DNA of 64,000 bases from Verrucomicrobiales bacterium. Its GTDB lineage: Bacteria > Verrucomicrobiota > Verrucomicrobiia > Verrucomicrobiales > SLCJ01. Made by a program: the position numbers and the translations under genes. Location of the stretch: contig JBJTQJ010000021.1 in NCBI GenBank assembly GCA_046075565.1, positions 36,875 to 100,874 of the forward strand, given 5' to 3'. This document shows positions 29,388-38,927 of this stretch, in pieces (the first letter of the stretch is position 1; each line of letters opens with the position of its first letter). A model generated the notes under the pieces. It saw only the letters and a list, made by a program, of their open reading frames with translations. It ran no database searches and was not told where the DNA came from.

Positions 29388-31313
29388 ATGGGAGAAGAAC
29401 TGAAACACGAGTGCGGCCTGGCCTTCATCCGGCTACTGAAACCCCTCGCGCACTTCCATCGGAAGTATGGCACCTGTTTGCACGGCTTCCAGAAGCTCTT
29501 CCTGCTCATGGAGAAGCAGCACAACCGCGGCCAGGATGGATGTGGCATCGGTTGCGTGAAACTCGGGATGCCGCTCGGGCAACCGTATATTTTCCGCGAA
29601 CGTTCTGCGGAATCGGATGGGCTCTCTTCCATCTTCCGTTCGCAAAGCAAACTCTTCAGCAAAATGGCCCGCAAAGAGTTGTTGGATCCCGAGAGCCCGG
29701 AGAGCGTGAAGGACAACTTCGACTACGGTGGCGAGATCCTCATGGGCCACTTGCGCTACGGGACTTCCGGTGTTTTCGAAACCGGTTCCTGTCATCCTTA
29801 TCTGCGCCGCACCAACTGGGCGACCCGCACGTTGATGGTGCTGGGAAATTTCAACCTCACCAACGCGGGCGCGCTCAATCAAAAGCTCATCGAACGCGGA
29901 CAGCATCCGGTGTTCGGCACCGACACCCAGACCGTGCTCGAGGAAGTCGGATTTCATCTCGACCAGCAGCATGAAGATCTCTACCGCGCCTTGCGCGATC
30001 AAGGGCTGGCCGGGCAGGACATCCAGCAACAGATTAGCGACCGGCTCGATATTCCCGCACTCCTGAGCCGGGCGGCCGCTTCCTGGGATGGTGGGTATTC
30101 GATTGTGGGGGCGATTGGAAATGGTGACACATTTGTCATGCGCGATCCGCATGGCATTCGTCCCTGCTTCTACTACAAGAATGATGAATTGATCGCCTTC
30201 GCGTCGGAACGCGTGCCGCTCATGACCGTCTTCGAGGCCGACGAACACGAGGTGAAGCAACTGCGCCCGGCCGGCATCATGACGATCAAGAAAGACGGGC
30301 GCATCTCGGAAAGCCTCTTCGCCGAAGCGGGGGAGCCAAAACCCTGTTCGTTTGAAAAGATCTACTTTTCGCGCGGCAATGACCCGGTGATCTACCGCGA
30401 GCGCAAGGCCATGGGTGCGGCCATGGTGCCCCAGATCATCGATGCCATCGGCAACGATCTCGAGAATAGTGTGATCAGTTTCATCCCGAATACGGCCGAG
30501 GTCGCTTACCACGGGCTCATGGACGGCCTGCGCCGCCATCGCCGCGATGAAGTCGCGAGAACCTTGCACGATGCTATCCGCAATGGACCGTTCGAAGAAT
30601 CCATGATCGACGGGCTGATCTTGAAAAACTGGCCACGGGGCGAAAAAGTCGCGCACAAGGACATCAAGATGCGCACGTTCATCAGCCAGGAATCCGGGCG
30701 CAACAAACTCGTCTCGCACGTTTACGATATCACTTACGGCGTGGTCGGCGAGAATGACAACCTCGTGGCCATTGATGATTCCATCGTGCGCGGCACGACG
30801 TTGCGCCAGAGCATCCTGAAAATGCTTTCACGTGCCCGCCCGAAGAAGATCATCATCGCCTCGACCGCCCCGCAGATCCGTTACCCGGATTGTTATGGCA
30901 TTGATATGTCCGAGTTGGGAAAATTCATTGCCTTCCAGGCTGCCATCCGCCTGCTCGAAAAGAACGGGCAGGAACGCGTGGTCGTGGACACCTACGAGGC
31001 CTGCAAAGCGGAGTTGAAAAAGCCCGCCGCCGAGATGGCCAATCGGGTGAAAGGCATCTACGAGCCTTTCGACGCCGTGGAGATTTCCGCCGAAATCAGC
31101 CGCATGGTTTATCCCGATGTCGCGTGGTGGAAGGGCGAGGTCCAGGTCATTTTCCAAACCATCGAAAACCTGCACGCTTCCATCGACGGCCCGGCCGGTG
31201 ATTGGTATTTCACGGGCAATTACCCGACTCCCGGGGGCACGGCCGTTGCCAATGCCGCCTTCGTCGCCTACTACGAAAAACTGAGCGGCCGGACCTACGA
31301 TCTGATTTTCTGA
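29388..31313 (+). CDS. purF: Amidophosphoribosyltransferase (long type)
   Basis: KHECG, QHNRGQD, GHLRYGT, CSFEKIYFSRG, IDDSIVRGTT, PDCYGID. Confidence 0.92.
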   Translation: MGEELKHECGLAFIRLLKPLAHFHRKYGTCLHGFQKLFLLMEKQHNRGQDGCGIGCVKLGMPLGQPYIFRERSAESDGLSSIFRSQSKLFSKMARKELLDPESPESVKDNFDYGGEILMGHLRYGTSGVFETGSCHPYLRRTNWATRTLMVLGNFNLTNAGALNQKLIERGQHPVFGTDTQTVLEEVGFHLDQQHEDLYRALRDQGLAGQDIQQQISDRLDIPALLSRAAASWDGGYSIVGAIGNGDTFVMRDPHGIRPCFYYKNDELIAFASERVPLMTVFEADEHEVKQLRPAGIMTIKKDGRISESLFAEAGEPKPCSFEKIYFSRGNDPVIYRERKAMGAAMVPQIIDAIGNDLENSVISFIPNTAEVAYHGLMDGLRRHRRDEVARTLHDAIRNGPFEESMIDGLILKNWPRGEKVAHKDIKMRTFISQESGRNKLVSHVYDITYGVVGENDNLVAIDDSIVRGTTLRQSILKMLSRARPKKIIIASTAPQIRYPDCYGIDMSELGKFIAFQAAIRLLEKNGQERVVVDTYEACKAELKKPAAEMANRVKGIYEPFDAVEISAEISRMVYPDVAWWKGEVQVIFQTIENLHASIDGPAGDWYFTGNYPTPGGTAVANAAFVAYYEKLSGRTYDLIF

Positions 31314-31401
31314 GAGAGCCGGTGGCGGCACCGCTTCCCCTGCTGGCGGATCGATGTGCCATCTCCTTTAAGCTGCGGCGTCCTCTCCCCCATGCCCGGA
31401 C

Positions 31402-31430
31402 TTGTCAATCGGGTGTCCCGGGCTTATTTT
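31402..31430 (+). promoter_or_regulatory. sigma70-type promoter for thrB-lpxK, nearly leaderless
   Basis: TTGTCA-17 nt-TATTTT, 8 nt before ATG 31439. Confidence 0.5.
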
Positions 31431-31438
31431 GCCGACTT

Positions 31439-32314
31439 ATGGCATTGAAAAAAGCGGTGGTTCAGGTTCCAGCCAGCACGAGTAATCTCGGGCCGGGCTA
31501 CGATTGTCTTGGTTTGGCCCTCAAGATGTATAACCGCATCACCGTCCTCCGGGCGGAAAATGGCAAAACCGCGCCGGACCCCGCTCATCCCATGGTCGCC
31601 GAAGCGGCGGAGGCATATTTCAAACGCGCCCGCTTGCCGGCCATCGGGTTTAAATGGAGCATCGAGGGCGAGGTGCCGGTGTCCCGGGGCTTGGGCAGCA
31701 GTGTGACTCTCCGGCTCGGCATCCTCTGTGGTCTGAACGCGCTGTTAGGTTCGCCACTCGACCAGCGCCACTTGTTCCAGATTTGTTCCGAACTCGAAGG
31801 CCACCCGGACAACGCCGGACCCGCATGCTTCGGCGGATTCGTCGTCGCGGACTCGCATTACGATTATTACCAGTTCGACGTGGAGCCGGTGTTGCGTTTC
31901 GTGTTGCTGATTCCTGATTACGAGGTTCTGACCGAGGAAGCGCGCAAGCTGATGCCCGAAATGATGCGCCATCACGATGCCGTCACGAATACCGGCAACG
32001 CTTGCAAGATCACCGCCGCCATCGCCACCCGCCAATACCACCAGTTGCGCGGCAATTTCGATGACTATCTTCATCAACCCTACCGGGCCCACCTCGTGCC
32101 CGGCCTGCAGGAAATCATCGATGCTGGCAAGGCCGTGGGTGCACTGGGTGGTTTCCTTTCCGGCTCGGGCTCGACCATCGCCTGTCTGACCTTGCGCGAC
32201 GATGGTGAAAAGATCGGCCAGGCCATGCGTATGGCCCATCCGAGCGTGCGCGACGCGGAGGTTCGCATTGTCACGGCGGACAACGACGGCGCGCGGGTTC
32301 TTTTCACCGAGTGA
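31439..32314 (+). CDS. thrB: Homoserine kinase
   Basis: VPASTSNLGPGYDCLGLAL, PVSRGLGSS, EGHPDN, HQPYR, SGSG. Confidence 0.95.
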   Translation: MALKKAVVQVPASTSNLGPGYDCLGLALKMYNRITVLRAENGKTAPDPAHPMVAEAAEAYFKRARLPAIGFKWSIEGEVPVSRGLGSSVTLRLGILCGLNALLGSPLDQRHLFQICSELEGHPDNAGPACFGGFVVADSHYDYYQFDVEPVLRFVLLIPDYEVLTEEARKLMPEMMRHHDAVTNTGNACKITAAIATRQYHQLRGNFDDYLHQPYRAHLVPGLQEIIDAGKAVGALGGFLSGSGSTIACLTLRDDGEKIGQAMRMAHPSVRDAEVRIVTADNDGARVLFTE

Positions 32315-32336
32315 AGCCCCGGACGCCCGGACGCCC

Positions 32337-33503
32337 ATGAAGGAGACCCTCGAACAACTCGAACAATACGGGATCGAGGTCATCCTTGGCAGGATCAATA
32401 CCCTGCGCGCGCGTTTGCTCCGCGGGGCCTTGTGGATATTGTCGCGGGTCTATGGACGGCTCGTGCGGCTGCGATTGTGGTTGTTCCGCGGTCGTTATAT
32501 CCGCGATCACGATCTCGGGTGTATGGTCATCAGTATCGGCAATCTGACCGTGGGCGGCACGGGCAAAACCCCGGTGGTGGAAATGTTCGCGCGGGCCCTG
32601 CACGAACGCGGACGCAATGTCGCCATCCTCAGCCGCGGATATAAAAGCGAGCAGGAAAAGAAGAAGAAAAAACGCCGTCCTTTCGGCAGCAAGGCTCCGG
32701 AGCTGCCACCACGGGTGGTTTCCGATGGCAATGAAGTTTTGCTCGATTCCCTGCGTGCGGGCGACGAACCCTATATGCTCGCGGTCAACCTGCCCGGTGT
32801 GCCGGTTGTCGTGGACAAGAACCGCGTCAAGGGCGGCCGCCATGCCATCCGTGACCTCGGTGCCGACACCCTCCTGCTCGATGATGGTTTGCAGTATGTG
32901 CGTATGCGTCGTCGCCTCGATGTCGTGCTCGTGGATTGCACGGCTCCCTTTGGAAACGAATATCTATTGCCGCGGGGAACTTTGCGCGAGCCGCCGCCCA
33001 ATCTCCGTCGTGCCAGCTACATCCTGCTTACCAAATGCAATGGCGAGCCGAACGACGCCATCATCGGGCGCATCCGGCATTACAATCGCACCGCCGAAAT
33101 CATCGAATGTGCTCACCGGCCCCGTTATCTCCAGCACCTGAAAACCGGCGAGCGGCTCGAGCTTTCGGAGATTCAGGGGAAGTTCGTCGGGGCCATCAGC
33201 GGTATCGCCGTGCCGGAAGGATTTGAAAACGGCCTCCGGAAATTGGGAGCCACGGTGGAGATCGCGGAACGCTACGCCGATCACCACCGCTTCAACGAAA
33301 AGGAAGTCGCCGCCTTTCTCGACCGCTGCCTGCGCCGCGACCTTCATATGGTCGTGACCACCGAAAAGGATGCCGTGCGTTTTCCTCTTCCGGCGAGTCT
33401 CGACATCCCGGTGTATTTCCTGCGCATCGATATCGATATCCTCAACGGACGCGAACACTTCGAGGCCTGCATCCGCCGTGTTTGCCAGCCGCCGAAGCGC
33501 TGA
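32337..33503 (+). CDS. lpxK: Tetraacyldisaccharide 4'-kinase
   Basis: IGNLTVGGTGKTP, SRGYK, GDEP, LDDGLQ, LPRGTLRE, DHH, TTEKDAVR. Confidence 0.95.
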   Translation: MKETLEQLEQYGIEVILGRINTLRARLLRGALWILSRVYGRLVRLRLWLFRGRYIRDHDLGCMVISIGNLTVGGTGKTPVVEMFARALHERGRNVAILSRGYKSEQEKKKKKRRPFGSKAPELPPRVVSDGNEVLLDSLRAGDEPYMLAVNLPGVPVVVDKNRVKGGRHAIRDLGADTLLLDDGLQYVRMRRRLDVVLVDCTAPFGNEYLLPRGTLREPPPNLRRASYILLTKCNGEPNDAIIGRIRHYNRTAEIIECAHRPRYLQHLKTGERLELSEIQGKFVGAISGIAVPEGFENGLRKLGATVEIAERYADHHRFNEKEVAAFLDRCLRRDLHMVVTTEKDAVRFPLPASLDIPVYFLRIDIDILNGREHFEACIRRVCQPPKR

Positions 33504-33768
33504 GTTCTGGGTGAAGGCCCTCTCGGAAGGGTGGAACTACGGGCTCGTGACCATAAAAGGCCGTGGCTTGGGGGTTCCATTCGACCCGGAATCCGGACTG
33601 GATTGCCGCCATTTGGCACTCTCATTTGGTGCCCGGAGCTTCTCCGCCCATGGGGCAGTATCTTCGGATTTCCACCTTCTTCAGATTTTTGGTCTGCACC
33701 GATTCCTCCCTCCCGGGCGAATTTTTCGCTTTCCACCCCCGCCGCTTCTCCCTTAGAATCACGGAATT

Positions 33769-34254
33769 ATGGATTCACCTCTCGAACGCCCCGAACTCCC
33801 TGCCATCAGTTTCCTCGAGGGCATGGCCGAAGAAGATCGGCGCCTGCTGGGCAACTACGGCGAGTTTCTGCCCGTCCAGTCCCACCAGCACCTGATCACG
33901 GAGGGTGCCGCTCAGGATAGCCTCTATCTGGTGATTGGCGGACTTCTCCACGTCTTGCGGGAAAAAGACGGCGTGCGCACCCTGCTTTGGCGGGTCACCC
34001 CCGGTGAAACCATCGGTGAAGTCAACATTTTCGACCCCTCGGAGGCGAGCGCCGATGTCGTCGCCCAGGAGTTCTCGCAGGTCTGGCGCGCCAACCGCGA
34101 GGATCTGGAGACCTTCGTCAATGCCTATCCCGAAGCGGGTGCCTGCCTGATGGCGGGCATGGCCAGGCTGCTCAGCCAACGCCTCCGTGCCATGAACGCG
34201 CGTTTCGCCACCCTGCAGGAAGCCATCCAAACCACGCCTCAGGCTTGGCATTGA
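33769..34254 (+). CDS. Stand-alone cyclic nucleotide-binding domain protein
   Basis: LITEG..QDSLYLVIGG, PGETIGEV, SADV; no HTH. Confidence 0.85.
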   Translation: MDSPLERPELPAISFLEGMAEEDRRLLGNYGEFLPVQSHQHLITEGAAQDSLYLVIGGLLHVLREKDGVRTLLWRVTPGETIGEVNIFDPSEASADVVAQEFSQVWRANREDLETFVNAYPEAGACLMAGMARLLSQRLRAMNARFATLQEAIQTTPQAWH

Positions 34255-34272
34255 TCCCGGTCGCCCTTTCCC

Positions 34273-34677
34273 ATGTTAGGACTCACAACCTTTGCCCAGG
34301 AAGCAGTCGGTTCAGGAGGTGCCGCCGCCGCCCTTTTCTTCGCACTCGTGATCGGCCATTGCTTGGCCGACTTTCCTTTGCAGGGCCCGTTTCTCGCCAT
34401 GGGTAAAAACCGGCACACGCGTATGCCGGATCCCGAAGGAGCCCCGTTTCCACGCAACCTCTGGGTTTATTGTCTCACCTCCCACGCGCTTATCCATGCC
34501 GGACCGGTTTGGCTCCTCACCGGCAGTGTGTATTTCGCGCTCGCGGAGTTTGTTCTGCACTGGCTCATTGATCTGGCCAAGAACGAGTGCTGGACGAATT
34601 TCGCGGGCGACCAGACCTTGCATGTTGCCTGCAAACTTGCCTACGCGCTCATGATCTGGAAGGGCATCGGAGCTTAA
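34273..34677 (+). CDS. DUF3307 membrane protein
   Basis: GHCLADFPLQ, HALIH, HWLIDLAK, DQTLH. Confidence 0.85.
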   Translation: MLGLTTFAQEAVGSGGAAAALFFALVIGHCLADFPLQGPFLAMGKNRHTRMPDPEGAPFPRNLWVYCLTSHALIHAGPVWLLTGSVYFALAEFVLHWLIDLAKNECWTNFAGDQTLHVACKLAYALMIWKGIGA

Positions 34678-34682
34678 CCCGC

Positions 34683-35795
34683 TCACTCCAGCGCGGCGAC
34701 GAGTTTTAGTGCTCGATCGTGTGGAAGAACGGCGAGGGCCATCTGATTCATGACGTAGGCGAAGCCGAGGCGGCGGGCGGGGTCGGCAAAGGCATGGCTG
34801 CCGCCAGCTCCGGGGTGCCCGAAGGCGTCGTGGCCGGATCCGAAATGGCAGCGGATTTTGTTTCCCGATCCGTCGAGTGGGTCGAGCATGAATCCACAGG
34901 AAAAAGCGGTGGGGAGGCGGAGGATACGGTCGGGGCCGTTGACCAGCCGGCGCCGGGCCCAAGCGAGGGCCGGTGCGGGCAAAATTTTTCCACAGGCGAG
35001 GAGTCCGTAAAAGCGCGCAAGTCCGGCGGCGGAGCCGATGCCCCCGAAACCGGGGAGCCCGGCCATCCATGCCCGGGGTTGGTTCATTTCGGCAACTGAA
35101 TGCAGTCCGCGCGGGCTGAGGAAAGCGCGGCGGACTTCGGAACGGGTGTCGTTGAAGGCGCGGTAGAATTCCGCCTCATCCGGGGCGATGTCGGGGCGGC
35201 CGGGAATGAGAGTGGCGACTCGGTGGTGTTCGGATTCGGGAAGTCCGATCCAGAAATCGATACCGTGGGGCCCGGCGATGGCTTCGCGCCAGTAATTACC
35301 GAGGCTGGGCGCTCCGGTGAGGCGCCGGACGAGTTCGTCGGCGAGGCAACCGAATGTCCGGGGGTGGTAACCGTGTTCGGGTGGCCCCCAGGCGGCAGTT
35401 TGTTCTTCGAGGGCGGTCACGACATCTTCGTGATCAAAAACATCGGCGGCGCGGTCAAGGGCGGCGAGTCCGCCCTGATGGGAGAGCAATTCGGCGATGG
35501 TCAAATGGGGCGGCAGTTTTGGCCAGACACGTGCGACGGCGGTGTCGGGTTCGAGGCCGTGGTCGTGGAGTGCGAGCAGGACGCAGGCCGCGGCCGGGCC
35601 TTTGGTGGCGGAATATACCGGAGCGAGCGTGGTGGTAGTCCATGGGTGCTCGCGTTCGCGGGTGGTGAATCCACCAGCTAGGGAGACAACTTCTTCCCCA
35701 TCGAGATAGACGGCGACGGCGGCCCCGAGTTCGGCGGGGAGATTGGCCTCGAATTGTTCGGCGACGCGGGCGGCGATGGTGGCGGGCTCGCCCAT
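34683..35795 (-). CDS. Serine hydrolase, beta-lactamase/EstB family
   Basis: YSATK (SxxK), LLSHQGGL, GYH, FGHPGAGGS. Confidence 0.88.
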   Translation of the reverse strand: MGEPATIAARVAEQFEANLPAELGAAVAVYLDGEEVVSLAGGFTTREREHPWTTTTLAPVYSATKGPAAACVLLALHDHGLEPDTAVARVWPKLPPHLTIAELLSHQGGLAALDRAADVFDHEDVVTALEEQTAAWGPPEHGYHPRTFGCLADELVRRLTGAPSLGNYWREAIAGPHGIDFWIGLPESEHHRVATLIPGRPDIAPDEAEFYRAFNDTRSEVRRAFLSPRGLHSVAEMNQPRAWMAGLPGFGGIGSAAGLARFYGLLACGKILPAPALAWARRRLVNGPDRILRLPTAFSCGFMLDPLDGSGNKIRCHFGSGHDAFGHPGAGGSHAFADPARRLGFAYVMNQMALAVLPHDRALKLVAALE

Positions 35796-35797
35796 GG

Positions 35798-36292
35798 TTA
35801 GAATTGGCCGAGGCCTTGCAAATCCGGATCCTTGCGGGCGGTCTTTTTCAATTTTGGATCGCGTTGGAAGGCTTCGTTGAGGCAGGCGAGGGCCTGGATG
35901 CGGTCGCCGAGCACGGCATGGTAACAACCGAGGTTGTAAAAATAGAGTGGTTCTTCGCGCAGATCAGGCGGGCCGCCAATCAGAAGGGCGCGGGCTTTGT
36001 CGGTCTGACCGAGTTCGTGAAGGCAGTAGGCGCCGTGCACGTAGGCCGGGATGTGGGCGGGTTTGACAATCACCAGGGCCTCGGCAATGCGCGCGCCGAG
36101 GTCCCAATCGCTGGAACGGAGGGCCAGTTCGAGCACGAGGGAGAGATACGATGCCTTGTCGTCGCGGGTGGGGAGGTCGTCCACGGAAAGATCCTCCAGT
36201 TCGGCCCACGCCTCCTCATCCATCCCGAGCATGAGGTATCCCTCCGCCGATTCGAGGCGTTTTCGGAGAAAGATGGGATCATCCTGGTCCAT
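35798..36292 (-). CDS. TPR-repeat protein
   Basis: AEGYLMLGM..EAWAEL, YCLHELG, YNLGCY, ARKDPDL. Confidence 0.8.
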   Translation of the reverse strand: MDQDDPIFLRKRLESAEGYLMLGMDEEAWAELEDLSVDDLPTRDDKASYLSLVLELALRSSDWDLGARIAEALVIVKPAHIPAYVHGAYCLHELGQTDKARALLIGGPPDLREEPLYFYNLGCYHAVLGDRIQALACLNEAFQRDPKLKKTARKDPDLQGLGQF

Positions 36293-36343
36293 AAATGGGA
36301 AACGTGCGGTATACTGTGGCCGGATTCCCCGATTCTTCAAGCC

Positions 36344-37267
36344 ATGCCCACCGCCTTTGTTCTCGGAGCCGGACTCGGCACACGGTTGCGTCCTTTGACC
36401 GACCGCCTGCCCAAGCCGTTGATCGCGATTGCCCACGAGCCGATTCTCGTCCGCGCTTTCCGTCATCTCGCCCTCGATCTCGGATGTGATCGCTTCGTTG
36501 TGAACACGCATCACCGCGCGGAGGAATATGGGAAAATGTTTCCGGATGGAAATTGGGAAAACAGGCCGGTGATCTTCCGCCACGAACCCATCCTGCTCGA
36601 TACCGGCGGCGGCCTAACAAACGCGCGCGACCTTTTTCCGCCCGGTGAATCCATCGCGCTCTACAATGGCGACATCCTCTGCGACGCGCCGCTGGCGCCG
36701 CTGGCGGCGGCCCATGCCCGATCCAATGCCGACGTCACCCTGCTTTTGCGTTCATCGGGGGACCTGCGGAATGTTGTCTGCGCGGCAGAGGGCGGCGGAG
36801 ATTTTGCTGAAGGTCCAATCCTCGATCTGCGAGGCCTGCGCGGGGCGGGGGGCCCGAGTTTCCAATTCGCCGGGATCGCATTGGTCGGCCCGCGATTCTT
36901 GGATTTCCTGCCACCACCGGGTGGAATCTTTTCCCTGATACCGGAGTTTGCCCGCGCCATTGATGCGGGTCTCAAGATCCGTGGAATCGTCATCGATCAG
37001 GGAGAGTGGTCGGATCTGGGCACGCCCGAGGCGTTGCTTGAAGCGCACCGGCTTTTTCAAAGGACCGGGTTTCCGCGATATGCTCCCGAAGAGGCGCCCC
37101 TCATCCATCCCTTGGCTGAGGTGACCGCTGACACGGTGGATCATCTCTCCTGGGTCGGCCCGGATTGTGTGGTGCCGGAAGGCTGCCGGGTCGAGGAAGC
37201 CCTTTTGCTGCCGGGGGCAAAGCTCGCGCCGGGAGAAGTCCTGCATCGGGTCGTCCGGGGGGCTTGA
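36344..37267 (+). CDS. Sugar-phosphate nucleotidyltransferase (MurU-like)
   Basis: LGAGLGTRLRPLT..PKPL, VNTHH, LDTGGG, YNGD, WSDLGTP. Confidence 0.88.
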   Translation: MPTAFVLGAGLGTRLRPLTDRLPKPLIAIAHEPILVRAFRHLALDLGCDRFVVNTHHRAEEYGKMFPDGNWENRPVIFRHEPILLDTGGGLTNARDLFPPGESIALYNGDILCDAPLAPLAAAHARSNADVTLLLRSSGDLRNVVCAAEGGGDFAEGPILDLRGLRGAGGPSFQFAGIALVGPRFLDFLPPPGGIFSLIPEFARAIDAGLKIRGIVIDQGEWSDLGTPEALLEAHRLFQRTGFPRYAPEEAPLIHPLAEVTADTVDHLSWVGPDCVVPEGCRVEEALLLPGAKLAPGEVLHRVVRGA

Positions 37268-37366
37268 GAACGGCTTGCTTTCTCTGTGGATTTTCTGTGA
37301 CTCAAGGGGGAGAAAAAACTCCGGAACATCATGCTTCCTTTGGCTTAAGGGAAATCGGTGCCATGG

Positions 37367-37395
37367 TTGACAGTGTTTGGAGCACGGCGGATCAT
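37367..37395 (+). promoter_or_regulatory. Candidate sigma70 promoter for the ubiA-dprE1-dprE2 operon
   Basis: TTGACA-17 nt-GATCAT. Confidence 0.4.
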
Positions 37396-37468
37396 CGTGT
37401 GCTCCGCAACACCTATCCGGCATTCTCCAAAACTGCCGTCCATTCCCCCGTGAAATAGCCGCCCGTTG

Positions 37469-38923
37469 ATGAGCGAATCCACTCCATCCGCCCGGAAATT
37501 CCCCCTGCTCGTGCCGGTGGAGGGCGTGCTTATCCATACGGATTTGTTAGCCGAGGCGGTGGCGCGGCTCGCCCGCCTCAAACCGGGCCTGCTTCCCGCC
37601 GTGCCTCTCTGGCTGGTGCGCGGTGGCAGGGCGGCGGTGCTGGCCCGCGCGGCGAAGGAAGTGGAAATGGGAGATCTGGGAGCGGTTTTCAGCAAACCGG
37701 TGGCGGCATTTGTCGAAAAGGCCATGACCGAGGGACGCGAAGTGATCTTTCTCGCGCCGGAGGCGACCGCGGCGAAAAAATTCCTCGGAGCCCGATTTGC
37801 CGATTGCACCATCCTCACGCCGACGGATGGAATGCCATCGGGAGGGGATAAATTGGCCGACGCCTTGGAAAAACGCTTCGGTCCGCGCGGATATGATTTC
37901 ATTGGAGGGCCGCACTTCACGCATGCCGCTTTGGCACGAGCACGCGAAGCCCATGCCGCCACGCGGCTGGATCGTCCGGCACATCTCGCCGGCGCGCGCC
38001 GTCAGGTTGCCGATCTCAACGTGCTCGATACGGTTTCGGGCACAACGTGGAAGGACTGGTTGGCCGGTCTGCGCTTCCATCAGTGGGTGAAGAACCTCCT
38101 GCTCTTTGTGCCTTTCCTCAGCGGCCATCACTATGAAGGACCGCATCAAATTGCCGGATTGCTCACCGCCTTTGTCTCGATGGGACTGTGCGCTTCCGCC
38201 ACCTATCTCTGGAACGACATGCTCGATATCGAGTTTGATCGTCTCCACGCCAACAAACGCAAACGCCTGCTTGCCTCCGGACGAACTTCCTTGGCCCGCG
38301 CCTTCTGGCTGTCCATAGCTTTGGTGATTGTCGGACTGGCGGGAGGATTCATCCTTTCTCCCGTCTTCGGTGGGGTGCTCGTCTTTTACATCGTGCTCAC
38401 CGTCGCGTATTCGACCTTCCTCAAACGTCTCGCGCTGGTCGATCTTTTCGTCCTCACGTCGCTCTATCTCACGCGCATTGTCGCGGGTGTTGTGGTCGGA
38501 AAAACGATTCCTTCCTTCTGGCTCTTTGCTTTCAGTTTCCTGTTCTTCCTTTCGCTCGCCGCCGCCAAACGCCGGATCGAACTGCACCGCCATGCGCCCG
38601 AAGCCGGCGGTGTGCTGCGCGGACGCGGCTACGACACGGGTGATGCCAAATTCCTCAGCGGGCTCGGCATCTCCACCGGCATCGCGGCCGCTCTCATGCT
38701 CGCCCTCTATAGCGACAGCGCGCATGTGCGCTCGCTCTACGCGCGTCCTGAATGGCTATGGGGAGCTTGTGTGCTCTGTCTCTTCTGGATTTGCCGGGTC
38801 TGGCTGCTGACGGAACGCGGCCGCTTGCAGGACGACCCGGTGGTCTTCGCCATGACCGATAAAATCACCCTCCTGATCGCTGCCCTTGGAGGTTTGATCT
38901 TTTTACTCGCCCAACCGATCTGA
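37469..38923 (+). CDS. UbiA-family polyprenyl-phosphate phosphoribosyltransferase with N-terminal degenerate HAD-like domain
   Basis: RFHQWVKNLL, YLWNDMLD...DRLH..KRKR..ASG, KRRIE, DDPVVFA. Confidence 0.88.
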   Translation: MSESTPSARKFPLLVPVEGVLIHTDLLAEAVARLARLKPGLLPAVPLWLVRGGRAAVLARAAKEVEMGDLGAVFSKPVAAFVEKAMTEGREVIFLAPEATAAKKFLGARFADCTILTPTDGMPSGGDKLADALEKRFGPRGYDFIGGPHFTHAALARAREAHAATRLDRPAHLAGARRQVADLNVLDTVSGTTWKDWLAGLRFHQWVKNLLLFVPFLSGHHYEGPHQIAGLLTAFVSMGLCASATYLWNDMLDIEFDRLHANKRKRLLASGRTSLARAFWLSIALVIVGLAGGFILSPVFGGVLVFYIVLTVAYSTFLKRLALVDLFVLTSLYLTRIVAGVVVGKTIPSFWLFAFSFLFFLSLAAAKRRIELHRHAPEAGGVLRGRGYDTGDAKFLSGLGISTGIAAALMLALYSDSAHVRSLYARPEWLWGACVLCLFWICRVWLLTERGRLQDDPVVFAMTDKITLLIAALGGLIFLLAQPI

Positions 38924-38927
38924 CGCC

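Noticed and set aside
33612..33640. TTGGCACTCTCATTTGGTGCC as CIRCE or sigma54 site
   Set aside because: No second CIRCE half-site at N9 spacing, and no GC at the -12 position
34683..35795. Beta-lactam resistance gene
   Set aside because: No signal peptide and EstB-like motifs; more likely a cytoplasmic esterase
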